Part shown: positions 1-12,700 of the stretch, piece by piece
Position numbering within the stretch: position 1 is the stretch's first letter
Layout of the letters: every line of letters starts with the position of its first letter
NCBI GenBank assembly: GCA_964234715.1
Contig: OZ174275.1
Reading direction: 5' to 3' (one strand)
Origin: Podarcis melisellensis
Lineage: Eukaryota
Length of the DNA: 64,000 bases
Notes under the pieces: generated by a model
The model's database searches: none
The model's input: the letters and a program-made list of their open reading frames with translations, nothing else
What the model was told of the DNA's origin: nothing
Translations under genes and position numbers: made by a program

Positions 1-2240
1 ATTAAGCTTAGCAAGTACAGGGCAACACTGTAGCAAAAAATCCTGCTTCAACAGGAATAATTAATCTGCAATTTTAGAGAGTGGCTTTCAAGGAAATACA
101 CATTTTCACTTTATTGTATGAAACAAAACAAAGCAATGCAAAGTGCTGTTTTGGGCATGTGCAACAGTTACAAACAACTCAAAAGTAGTTGTTCTTTAGT
201 ATTATCTTGCCAGCACCCTACATTTAGGTGGCACAAGAGCCTCTGTTTCACTTGATTTTTCCAAGTTTTTTTGTTTCTCAAGTTTATTTATTACTTACAT
301 TTATAAAAACTACTCACCATCCTGTAAGATGATCCCAGGGCAGATGATGCACAATTACGCAATAAATTTAAAATGTAATTAAAATGGCACTAAACCCATA
401 GAAACAGTCCAGTAGCACCATGAAAAAAAGCTGTATCCACTCAACGGCTTCCTAATGCCTCTATGAAGAGAAATGTTCTAAAATCTATCAACGGTGATGG
501 GTCTGCCTTCTCACCTGAGGGAGGGGGAGAGTTCCATACACAGCAGCCCCCAAAGGCGGCCTTATCTTGCATCACCACATAGCAAAGCCACACTATTTCC
601 CCTTCTTTCCTTCCTTGATTTGTCAAGTTCCATAACAGTAGTGCAGAAATACTTTGGGAGTCACAGAAGTAAAAGACACCATTGTGGATAAAGCAACTGC
701 AGCTTTGTCCTACTTTTTTGCCAGGTAAGGCTAGCAGGGCTAGTTAAAAAGAAAAATTTACTGATGCAAAAATGAACCAAGGGTCTAGAGCAACCAATGA
801 TGTGGGAGAGGAAAAGGCCTCTTACCTTTGGTGTGCCAGTTTTGACTTCTAAGTGGCTACAGCATGGTTCAATGTGGGCAAGTCACCTTCTGAACTTCCA
901 CTGAAACCACTGTCTTCTAGACAGTGTGAAGTAGAGAATAGCGTATTGGACTGAACAAGGGTTTCAACCCCTCTTCAGTTGCAAAGGTCATTGGAGAACC
1001 TCAGGACCACACACAGTTTTTAATCTCTTGCACAGGGTGGTTCTGAAGATAAATGGAATAATCCCTGTACTCCTCTGAGGAACGGTGGGATACAAAGGTG
1101 AAGCACACATGCATATAGTGTCAAGGTAAAGGGTTCAGCTTAGTTCCTTAAGCATTTAATGAGCAAAACAATTCTTATTAGAATCCAGTTCCTATTAGAA
1201 TATAGACTTTCCCCATGGCTTACATTTAAGTTACTTTAGATATCTTAATTCTGCCACTGACTGGGAAGATCAGGAGAATGTGTGAATGCATGCATTGCAG
1301 AAAATATTCACATATGAATATTTTGCTAAGCATTTCCTGATTTTAAATTTTAGCCAGCATCTAGGAGCAGTATTTCTTCTTCTTCCTGGGACTAGAGAAG
1401 AATCGCACAACAAACGAAACAAACAGTACTGGAAAATGTCATATTAGTGAATTCACAGTATTTGACAGCCTCTCAGAGTATACCGAAGTATTAGAATAAA
1501 GGATAAATAATTGAGTAAGAGGGAGAAAACTGCACCAATGAGCTGGAATATCCTTCTGGAGATACATACAATTTCCTGAGATTACACTGTATTGTGTCCA
1601 ATATAATGCAATAGAAGAAACATTACAATGGACATAGTAAGGAGTAAATTGCTTGAGATTTCACTTTGCTGTTAGGTAAAAGTAGGCTAGCAAGTCATTC
1701 CCAGTTTAGTCGAGTGTATTCAATTCAGAGAGAAAATGTAAGTGGATCAATAAAAACCGTGCAAAACAAGAAGTCAAGACTTGTGCAAAGAAGCATCACA
1801 GGGTTTTAGGGCAGATTTAAGCGCACAGATACAATGCAAATACTCAGTTGAGTATAGGAACCTCCTATACTGAGCAACACCATGTGAACTGATGTAGTGA
1901 TGTAAATTTCTGCCTAGGACTTGCGCTGTCATGGCTCTTTCCCACATGCAAGCCATCGCCTGATGCCGTGATCCTGGACAGACATATATGCATGTATATA
2001 AACTCTTTCAGCCAACTCCCCAGCCTCCAAAATTCAGCAATCTAGAAGCAATAGATTTCTGGAAAAAATGACGAGTTTAAGATTTCATTATGTTCAAATG
2101 ACAAGCTACATTTTAATATTACATGCCCAAGTCCCAGGCTCATATGGTTATGAGAAGCTTTTGCTGTTGTTTTCAATTAACGGCAATTTATTGTTCAGGA
2201 GTGCCTTACCTTGTATACTCCTCCCTGGTCACTTCAAACC

Positions 2241-2382
2241 TGGGGATAGCTCAATTGGTTGAGCACATGACTCTTAATTTCAGGGTTGTGGGTTCGTGCT
2301 CCATGTTGGGCAAAAGATTCCTGCATTACAGGGGTTGGACTTGATGCCCCTCGTGGTCTCTTCCAACGCTACAATTCTATGA
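2241..2382 (+). mobile_element. tRNA-Lys-derived SINE with CR1-type 3' tail
   Basis: A-box TAGCTCAATTGG, CTT anticodon loop, B-box GGTTCGTGCTCC, then ggttggac...ttccaac...attctatga as in CR1 3' ends. Confidence 0.8.
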
Positions 2383-5089
2383 AAGACACTCTTAGTACTG
2401 CCATGATTCCAAGGTTCATCTTATGTTCATTTAAGTGTGGTAGCACATGGAATTAGAAATGTCCTTCCAATGAACATTAGGAAGGCACCTAAAGTATTGA
2501 CATTTAGGTGCCTGCTTAAAACTCACCAGTTCATTCAGTCTTTCTCTGAAATCTAGTTATGTTGGTGTATTATTCTGACCTACTGATTTGTGATGCATCT
2601 TTGTTTTATGGATGTGATATTATTGTTCGTCACTCATGCATTTTTCTTGGTGAAACGGAAAATGCTAAACAAACAAACAAATGAATGTTTTGTCCAAACC
2701 TAAAACTGTGGTTAATTTTAAGTATGGTTTACGGAAACAAGCCCACTTCATGAACCACGGCTTGTTTCCTTAAACCATAACCACAGTTTATTTGGGTTCA
2801 GACATAAAGCTAAACTGTAGTTTGTATGTTTTCAATTCTCTTTTTATCTATCACAATAGTGCTGAAGGATTATTTTGCTGATGAATCCAAAGCTTGTTCA
2901 ATTAACACTAAATTATGGTATTGAATGAAGCCATTAGTTCTCACATTATGCTTCTTAAAGGAAGGAATTTAGAGGATAATTTCTGTTATCTTAAACCATG
3001 TATGTATGAGGTACACGGACTATGGCACATGTACAGGCTTTGTGTATGCCATGATTTCACAGGAATGCAGTTAGGAGCAGAATGTGGTGGTGGATACAGA
3101 ATCTGGTTGAGTGTCTCATGTTATTTTTCAAAAAAGCAAATCTCTGGTTTTCGGGATGAAATTCCAAAAGCCAGAAGCTAAATAAGATTTTCAGAGGTTG
3201 TTGTTGGGCTCAAAATTTCTCATCCTCTTCATGGACTGGTAAAAAAAGCAATATTATGCATAAGAAGCCATCATCATAATTGTTTCTGTCTTTATTCATC
3301 AGCTTATCCCACAAAGGGTTTATGTACAATATAAAGAAGTAATTTTTTAAAAATTACACACAATATTTTACACACAATATTCTTTAGTACAGACTACACA
3401 CAACCCTGGGTAACTCTACTTTGCTAGAACTGCTCTACTGTGTCTCCTGTTCAACTTCTATTTCTTATGCTGTAGAAACTGATTTTAAGTTAATGTTAAA
3501 CTTCAACTTGGAAAAGGATGTCATGGAAAAATATGTTTACATCTCCATCATGTTCTGTACACCATGTTCTGTACATCCTTCTGCTTCATAGCTACACCTA
3601 TGTACTTACCTTATTTGCATATGATCCCCACTGTCAGAACAGCAACCTGCCAGTCATGATGCAGGTCAAGAAACAGACAAAATGGGGTTTTTTCCATTAA
3701 ACAATATAAAGTATTTATTATGTAGCTCCATTCATAACACAGCAGTAGGATTTATCTGAACTATTAAATATTTTATTTTAATTGAAATGAATATATCTCC
3801 TATGCTATATAACAGGTGTAACCTTCCTGCCAATTAGATTTAATGAAAAACCATTCTACTATAATGGAGCACTTGTTTATTGAAAGAATCAAAAGACAAC
3901 TTGGGACGACATCGGCAGAGTTCACTACTGTAGCTATCAAATGTCACAATTCAGCCTAAGGCAATCCTAATGACTAATCACAATTCAGCCTAAGGCAATC
4001 CTCATTCTGTTATATGAGATTTGTAAACATAATATTGTCTATTTTTGAAAGAGCAGTTCCCAAAGAATGCAAGCTGCCATGGTTATTATAGATGCATTTG
4101 ATCATGGACTCCCATGGATACTATCAATATGCATCAAAGTATCATACACAGTGAAGTCAATGTATGGCGAAATCACCCTCATCCTCAGCATGAGGATCAC
4201 CCTTGTCTTCTCCTGCTTTTGGTCACAGAGTCTGGAAATAAGTGATACTCCATTGTATTCAACAGAGAACTAAGGTGAACATCCCATCAGTTAAAGGATT
4301 CCTCCTTGCATAGTGGGAGTTCCTCTTGTCCCTCTGTGCACCTCCTAAATCTGTTCTGGAGGTTCCCCAAACACTTGTGGAGATTTGTGGACAGGGCAGG
4401 GCAAGGCATGCACAGAGGGAGGGAGGGAAAGAAATCCCATAGTGCTAGCACAATAATTTGAGTCCTGCCCACACTGTCCCGATGGAGGTAGCATTTGTGT
4501 AGCTGGATGATGGTCACACCCAATTTTGGAATAAGGTCCTATGCTGCAGGAGGCAGCACAATCAAGAGTGAAGCAAACTGTAACCGAATATAGAATATAC
4601 ACACTTAAAAGTAGTTGGGAAGGAGGTGAAGGGTGGAACCAGCATGACAAGTGAGAAAATGTAAGGGGAAGAAGTTGCAGTGTGCCTTCTCCAGCCCCAG
4701 GTAAGTAACTGTAAAAAGATTTGTAAATTTACACAGCAGTCAATGTATATTACCCTATCACATACACTCTGGCGGCCCACAACTCCCACAATTATAAAAC
4801 TACAACCCCCAAACTAGTGAAAATATAGTAGAGAGAAAAAAGAAGAAACCAGAAAAAAGTAACATGAGAGAAGGGTGTTGGGGTTGTGTTAGTGCAAATC
4901 AATAGGAGCGCTCATGCTTAAAAACTGAAATAAAATCAACTTTTCTGCCAGATTAAAACAAATTGAATGTGAAAGACACTTTGGTCAAGTGATATGTGGG
5001 GAAAAGGTTGGATTTTTGTGTGCAAGGATACTGGTTTATCCATCTCTGTATTGCAAAAACCATTTGTCAGAATGCGGAGAGGCTGTGAA

Positions 5090-5400
5090 AACACTGGACA
5101 GGTGTCTGGAGCAGTGATGGACTGGATGCAAGCCAATAAACTGAGGCTGAATCCTGAAAGGTTGGAAACACTTGGGTGTTTTCCATGAATCAGAATTAGG
5201 TGTGTACCCTTTTTCTGGGAGATGCTGCACTCCCCCTGAAAGATCAGCCTGAGAGTGCTCCTAGCTCCCAACTTGTCACTGAAGTCTCAATTGGCTTCTG
5301 TAGCTAGGACTGCTGAAGCCCAACTTAGGCTGGTTTGCTGGCTTTAGCCGTTCCTGGGCTGGGATAGTCTGCCCTTTGTTGTCCATGCTCTAGTAACCTC
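5090..5400 (+). mobile_element. Decayed L2-type LINE RT fragment
   Basis: Translates as VMDWMQANKLRLNP, a typical L2 ORF2 motif. Confidence 0.7.
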
Positions 5401-8400
5401 CTTGGAGTATAGGTGGCGGCCATTTTAGGTGTGTTCAACTGACGCGCGATCGTTGACACGCAGGTTCTTTTGAACCCAAAAGAAGGCGGAATGAGGGCGG
5501 AACATGTTTATAGACACTCTGCCAACATGCACAAGGGCCAGGAGTGGAATTCCCATGAGAAATGGTCGCCACCGGTACTTGACGGTCCGGGGGCTCCAGG
5601 GGGTGCAGAATGAAACTGCTACGTTAACAAGCAAGGCAGCCGGATGGGACCGTAACAACAACAATAATGGTACTCAAGTGGTATGTACCAAGTCATTGAT
5701 CAAAGCATTCCACCCTCCTACTCAGAAGTGTACCAGTGAATTATAGTACTGACAACATTTCCCCACACTACTCATTTTAGGAAGCCAGACAGATATGGGA
5801 AATATTCAGCGTTTCTCATAAACACCTCATTCCAAGCTCAAAGATCAAGGAGTCCACTAACTTTTAATACTAAGCTGATAGTAAAATGATGCAAATTGCT
5901 CTTAGTGAGGGCAACCAATGTGCCATTTACACAAAGAATATTGCATACATTATTTAATACCTACCCTGTTTTTCAATTACAATTCTACAAAGCTGTGACA
6001 GATAATTATTCAGAAGCTGAATAATTATCAGTTTGAGGATGTCAAACATGTGGAATGAAAGCCTCCAAAAATTACTTTTATAATTCATTAGTTTATTATT
6101 TTTTTTGCTACTATTCAAATAGTCATCAATGACCCAAGTACATGGGTCCTATTGAAGTACTTGAGTCAAGACAGCCTTTTCAGAAGTGGTGCCCAAGATT
6201 TGAACAGCCTCCCAAGGGACAGCTGCCTCATCCCTCTTCTGCTTTTAGATAGACAGTGAAGATCGTTTTATTGCAACAAGCTTTTGTAGATTATTTCCCT
6301 CATATTATTTCATCCTGTCAATGCACTTTTAATCCATTTTCAAGACTGTCATGCTTTCATTTATTTCATCATTTTTTTCTGACTATAGGTTGTCTTGAAA
6401 ATCATTGTTAGAAATGCAGGACATACATGCTGAAAAATAAAGCCAAGGCAATGGGTCTCCCACGTGGTCTGTCCACAACTGTTCTTCAGAGGCATTCCAT
6501 GAAGTCTCAAAGAAAGTAAAAGGAAAAAGAAAAGAAAACTATGAAAAAATAGGTGTCACCCTTGTTGGTCCATTGGAATATCCATTACATACTTCTAGTC
6601 ATATTGGTTCAAGTAAATACTATTCCAATTGTTCGTCTCTTTCTTCCCCTTCTTGCCATTTCTCCCTTCTTGCCAAAGGGGGTGTATGGGGTGTTAGGGG
6701 AGGGGAAGAACTTGGGGGGGGGGAGGAGAGACACATCATGCTCCGTCTGGGGTAGTTTGTCCATCTTTGGTTTCCACCTTGCATTCAGCTCTCACCTGTG
6801 GCTCCTAGAAGCTGTCAGCACAAGACCTGGAAATGGCTTTGACTGGCCGGATAAACCAGGTGAGGGTAGCTGATGGGTCTCAAACCCTCGGTGAGTTAGG
6901 GACTTCTCCTGCATGTGAAGACAGGCTCCAGTGGATTGAGTGGACGAGAGCAATAGTGGGACCAATGGTCAAGAAGGTGGTTTCTGTATGTGTTGCAGAG
7001 GGAAGTGAGGGGCAGATGGGGCTTGTCAATCTAATGCAGCACATCTGGGAGAAGGAAAACACCTAAACATCAGCTTCCTTGCGGGATATCTTCGGGAGAA
7101 GAAAATTCTAAGGAGGAAACCCTAAACAAATCTGGAGTGGAGTCCCTAAGACAGCAGGATGGCATCTTGTATGTCTCTTTCTGGCAACTCCTGCAGCCAA
7201 GCTGGTGTCAAACGTATTGCTCTGCTTTCCATTGGGACCACATAAATGAGGCCAAGAGGGGAGTCTTGTTGTCTTGGCAGCCCAGGACCTCCATATATGC
7301 TGCCCACGCTTGTGCCCTGGAGAGGTCACTTTGGTGCTGCTTATGCAGCAGTTTGACTTCACCCTCAGGGGTGCACTCCACTATCTCACTTGAGATACAG
7401 ATGCAAACAATCGCTACATATCGTATGTGTGGCACGTTGTCCATAGGTGGTGCTATCAAACCACAGGAGTCAGGGAAAGGTGAATGAACACATAGAACAG
7501 GAATAGAAGAATTGCAACCACAAATATATAAGTGACTCCATGTAATGTAATGAACTATAGTATGATGCTTGGTAGTATCAAAAGGCACCAAAGTTGTGAC
7601 TGAAAATGATGGTAAACCAGCAATTAAAGTACAGTACAATTACTTATATCCAGATATAGTATGACAGGAAGATTCAGACCTGAGTTAGACAAGATGCAGT
7701 GAGAATCTTAAGTCTTCCATTTCCCCTCCTTCATTCTGCAAAAGAGCAGTAAGCCACAACAGCCAGCTTAACTAAGTACCTGCGGAAGTATGTTGGTTTA
7801 TATATGAAAGGCATCACTACATAAAAACTCACAATTCAGTCACCTCTGCAGAGTTCAAACATGAGATTCTCCTGAGCATCTTTATCTGAAAGATCCAGTT
7901 ATTATTCCAGCAATGTAGGTTCCCTTTGTCTTCTCAAAAAATTGTGAGTTTCATTTAGAAACAAAGAGTGCAACTCTTGAACTTCATAAGGTCACAAGAG
8001 CTTCTAATTTCCCATGTCTCCTCGTAATTACTGTGAAATGCAGGCCCACAAATAGCTTGCCAAATAATAAAGAGTCACAGTGCGACAAAATAGGAAAGTA
8101 TACATATGAATAAGCTTTTGTAGCCATTTAACATTCTGCACTGTATCCAAATATTCTATTGTTCATTCTGGGAACAGTTTCCAAATTATACATAATTAAT
8201 CAGACTAGAAAATGTCAAGTAAACAAATATATTACAATGATAAACCATTCATTAAATACTAAACAGTGGCCCTCCTTCAATACAGCAAAAAATGCCCTCG
8301 TCATTACTAATGTACCCATGAATAAAAATAATTTGCTAGGCAATCACAAACTGATTGGCTAAGAAGAGTTAATGAAGCATCTTTCAAGGCCACCACCACC

Positions 8401-8914
8401 ACCCTTTTTCTAAAAGAAAACTAAGATAGCAATGGTCTCATTCAAACGATTTGGCACCTTCTCCATCCATATAATTCATAACACAAACCACTGAATTGGA
8501 ACTCGAAAAGGACAAAAGCAGTTCATTGCATTTGTTCGTTAGCAAGCATGCAAAACGGAGCATGTAACAAGACAGAGAGAACATTGTATGTAAAATCGCT
8601 TGACCATCCTCCCTGAGGCAAATCATTTTCTCTCCAACATAAAATAAAGCCTTCTTCTTCGGACAGCTGAAATGACTTTTAAGCTCCATGCACACACTAA
8701 TGCTTTCTGGCATTAGTGTGCACATTTAATTTTTTGTGTGAAGAATAAAATTGTTTTGAACAGGAAGTTTATAAGGAACACAACATGTTAATGACCAAGG
8801 GCTCCGACATTCCGCAGAGTTGAAGGGATCATCTTTTTAAGCAAACCACACAAACACACACACACACACAAAATAGAGCAGCCTATATAATATATGGTCG
8901 ACTAAGTCATTCAC

Positions 8915-9310
8915 TAGGTTCGTAGTGAAAGTTTATTGTTCTGTTTTCTAGTACAATAAACTACAAAGTTTGTACAGTAAAAAATAACAACAGCCACAAA
9001 GCAACAATGCACTTGTAATGCTGACATTCTGCGACAGTACAGAAGAAGAAATGTCCATGGCCTCATCTTTCCACTCTTCTGCACGCATAAAAGCTAGAAC
9101 TACTAATTTTAACACAAAAACCTTTCACATTTAGATGCAAGCTCCATATAACTCGGGGGTGCTGGATATCACCAGGTAGAATTCCAAGGAATGCAATAGG
9201 GAAGAACACAAAAAAATGAAGTTTCGAAATAAAAGAACCGCACAACTCTCCAGAGGGCGAATGACAAGTTCCACGTCACCCTGTGTTCAGCTCTCATCAA
9301 AGCGAACTGC
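8915..9310 (-). other. YLPM1: YLPM1 last (3'-UTR) exon 21; 3' end approximate
   Basis: Strong acceptor tttccttttccctgcag| at 9311; AATAAA at 8932-8937 (minus strand). Confidence 0.75.
8932..8937 (-). terminator. YLPM1 polyadenylation signal AATAAA
   Basis: tttatt on the plus strand, about 375 nt into the last exon; GT-rich stretch further downstream (8850-8870). Confidence 0.65.
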
Positions 9311-9631
9311 CTGCAGGGAAAAGGAAACTGTTACAGAAAAGTAGTTAAGTTTTGGGGACTGTGAGAAAAAAAGCAGACTGCTGTTCAGTAATCAGGCTTT
9401 CCCTCAATTTTTTGAACTGTGGCATTCCAATTCCCTCCAGCTACCATGCATCATATAGAGGAGATTGGACACAGACATGCACAACTGAGAAGTCTATCTA
9501 TGGCCTAATGTCCAAATTATTATCGAGCGGAGAATGCTATCATTGTTCATTCTTGAGGTCATTCTCAAAAACTCACCAAGACACAGGAGCTCTTACCTCG
9601 TAGGCAGAAAAATTCTACTCGACAAATTGCG

Positions 9632-9778
9632 TCAGATGTACTTTGTGCGATTGAGGGCTCTCTCAGCAAAATGACCACTTTCATCGGTGATTTTCTCCCA
9701 ATCCGTTTGTCCCACCACAAAACCAATGGCCCTCTTTCTGTCTGCATCCTTTTTTTCTTCAAGGTCTGCCCACCTTAC
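9632..9778 (-). CDS. YLPM1: YLPM1 exon 20 coding part (stop TGA 9632-9634; exon extends to about 9597)
   Basis: tcgtag|VRWADLEEKKDADRKRAIGFVVGQTDWEKITDESGHFAERALNRTKYI*; donor GAG|gtaaga at 9596. Confidence 0.95.
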   Translation of the reverse strand, partial: VRWADLEEKKDADRKRAIGFVVGQTDWEKITDESGHFAERALNRTKYI

Positions 9779-12700
9779 CTACGAAGAACACAGCATTGGG
9801 ATGATACTCAGTTCCAGAAAACGAAGCGAGACATTTTTGCCAATAATACGGTTTTGCGCTCAGCGAAGGCTTCGGACAACTTAGAAAAAGGGAAGGCAAC
9901 TTTACTGGTTCAGCATTCTAGAATGCTCAAAGATTTGCGGCCCTCACAAGTTTGCAAGTAGAATTTATTTAGTGTCATATTTATTTATTAAATTTAGATC
10001 CCACATCTTCTTCCGAAGAGCATAGGAGCTAGTGCTCTGAATGTGCAAAGCAGGGAGCCTTTCACGAAGACTTTTGCCCCCTCTTCAGCAGATGCGAAAC
10101 TGTTCACGAGGAATTCGCTGGGGGAAAAGAGTGAACCTGTCCCAGTTGCCAGGACAAGAGAGATGACATTCCTTCGCTCGGCTCCATTTGCGTTTAGTTT
10201 AGTAGTTGGGTAGGAAGGGGATATGTATAAAGATGCACATCCAAATGTGTGTCTTACTACTGTAAGGGAGTGCAGATGTGATTCTTCCATTTGCATGGCA
10301 TTACTTTCAATGGGATGCATGGGACAAGGAAACTGCCGGCGCACTGTAGCAAGTTGTCCAGGCAACGAGGATGTGCTCCCTTTCCCACCACAACAGATGC
10401 AGGTGCGAAAGTGAAATAATATGTGGAAAGAAGTGCAGGGTTTTTCCTGTGTCCCCACACCCCCTTCCAATGTTTTGTACAAAAAACCAAACATCATTAA
10501 AATTTGGCTTAGCACTAAGTGGAACCAATCCTTCTTCAGGGAACCTGTACAAACTTCAGGACAGCTCTAATGTGTGTACTCAAGCCATACTGCAAATCTA
10601 CCAAATACCTCCATATTTTCCATTTCCCTACTTATTTACTGTTTCCTCATCTTCTTACTAAGTAGCCTCTGCTGCCTTTAGCTATAAATGTGTACTACTA
10701 AGCTTTGCTATCTTCCCTGTATTTACAGGAGCATGACAAGATATGGATTTTCAGAAGAAAATTTCAAGAAGAGAAATTGAATCTAATGGACATTAAAATG
10801 AAAGCAATGGCTCCACAGTGCTTCCAGACATAGATTAGCTGAACTAATAGGGAAAACTTTAGGGAAAACTTTCTGGGTGAGACCCTCTGAGACATTAAAC
10901 CAAAATTACTTTATTACCCTCTTCTTTCCAGGTTCAGAAGCACGGGTATCATAATCATCTGGAAGCTGAAGATAATCTTCCATTCTGCTGGCAATTGCTT
11001 CCCAATCACGCTTCCTCTTAGCACCAGTTCGCAAGCCATCCAATTTGTCTGAGAACAAACATACAGCCTCAGGGTTAAAGGGGAAAAGCACACTTGTGTA
11101 ATGCCCAATACAAACAAGATGCATGGGAATGCTTTCAGAAGGGCAAGCTGCTATCTTATAGCAGTGATATATGCAAGTTCTTGGGTGTCTTCATGAGCAA
11201 AATGGCAAAACCCATTGTCACTTTTTTGAAGAATCAATCTGTGATGATCTGGGAGAAAAAAATTGTGCTGGATGCTGATACAACAGGCCATATCATGTAG
11301 CGATACCTGAACATGTTTTTGAAAACGATACAAATTTAAATACTAAAGGAAGTTTTTAATACCTTGTGTTATGCCAACGCTGTGGCAAATGCGTACCAGT
11401 GCACCTGCCAGATATCTACATTTATTTTTGAAAGACTATAAGACGGCTTTTGAACTGCCTGTGTTGGAGTCAAGGACATTTGACTTGTGGTGCAGAGCAC
11501 CAGCCATAAAAGGAATAAACCCACAAGCAGTTTCTCACTTTGCCTGAACGGATATGACTGTCCTCATGTGAAGTTCAGTATTACTGTTCTAATAAACTTT
11601 TGGTGTGGTCAATTTTTCCTGAACATTAATCTTTAAAAATGTGTATTATTAGGAAGCAGTTGCTATTGCCGAGAAGCAAACTGTTATGAATAGGTGAAAT
11701 TTGTGTCAGAGCTCACAAATATTTTCTATATGCATAATTCCCCCCCCCCCCGGTTCATAATGCACTACACAATTCAAATAACGTACTACACAATTTAAAA
11801 TTATTTACACCAAACTATTTTAAGTGTACAACAGTATGTTTAATGCTATAGGTTGTCTAAATGGTTCCCAGAGATTGCTATTAAAAATTAGCAAACCTCA
11901 AACTATCTGTTTGTAGACAGAGCTTTGCCTTGCCTATTTGCCAGAAAGCAGAAAATATCAATTTAAAGAACTGCAAAAATTAGCTTATTTATTAATCCAG
12001 TGAACCAAAGTAGCAGCTATATCTAATTTAACGTCAAATTACAAAAGAATTTTCTGTAAATCAGAAGAAAAATGTTAAGTATTAAATAAATTCCATTCAA
12101 ATAATCTAAATGCCATTTTTCTATTCTTGCTGGAACTACTTCAAGCCTGAATGATGATAAATGCTATAAAATTTACATTATTTGGAAGGATAATATTTAT
12201 CTGTTATTCAGCCACACTTACATTAACCTGTTTTTAAAAGTTAAACACGCTAACTATATCCAATTAAAAATGGCAGTTACAGCTCCAAAGATACCATCTG
12301 CCAGTAGTCAGATATAAGTATTGTTAACATTCTGCAATAATAGAAGTGTTTTGAAATCCGAGTGTTATGCACAACATTGCTCAGAAAAAACACATTTTCT
12401 ATCAAAGAGTTTAGAATCATGAATAGAAACAATTAATGTATAAATGCCATGTTAGCAGATATCTTTACATATTCATTTAAGATTAGAAGTATATAAGATA
12501 TGTTGGAACTTGTACAAAAGAGGGCCAGGAGCTAAAATGTGCTTGTGTATACATTGCAGATTTTTCTTTCCATATGTCATTCTTCAATGTTGCATGAAAA
12601 TATGTTCCAGAACATCACCCCATCTTCAAAGCAACATTGGGGACGGGGCTATAGGAGGGGAGAAAATCGCTGCAGCTCATGCAGCTCCTTGGACACTCAT

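Noticed and set aside
820-920. Minus-strand exon-like segment ending AAG|gtaaga
   Set aside because: Stops in all three frames and no partner exons found
2241-2315. tRNA-Lys(CTT) gene
   Set aside because: Stems are degenerate and the sequence runs into a CR1-type tail, so it is a SINE
1-8400. PROX2 exons, expected from mammalian synteny
   Set aside because: No Prospero/homeodomain-like peptide recognised; the gene may lie beyond the window
9994-10661. 173-aa and neighbouring ORFs in intron 19
   Set aside because: No recognisable domain or splice support; begins in an L2-like tail
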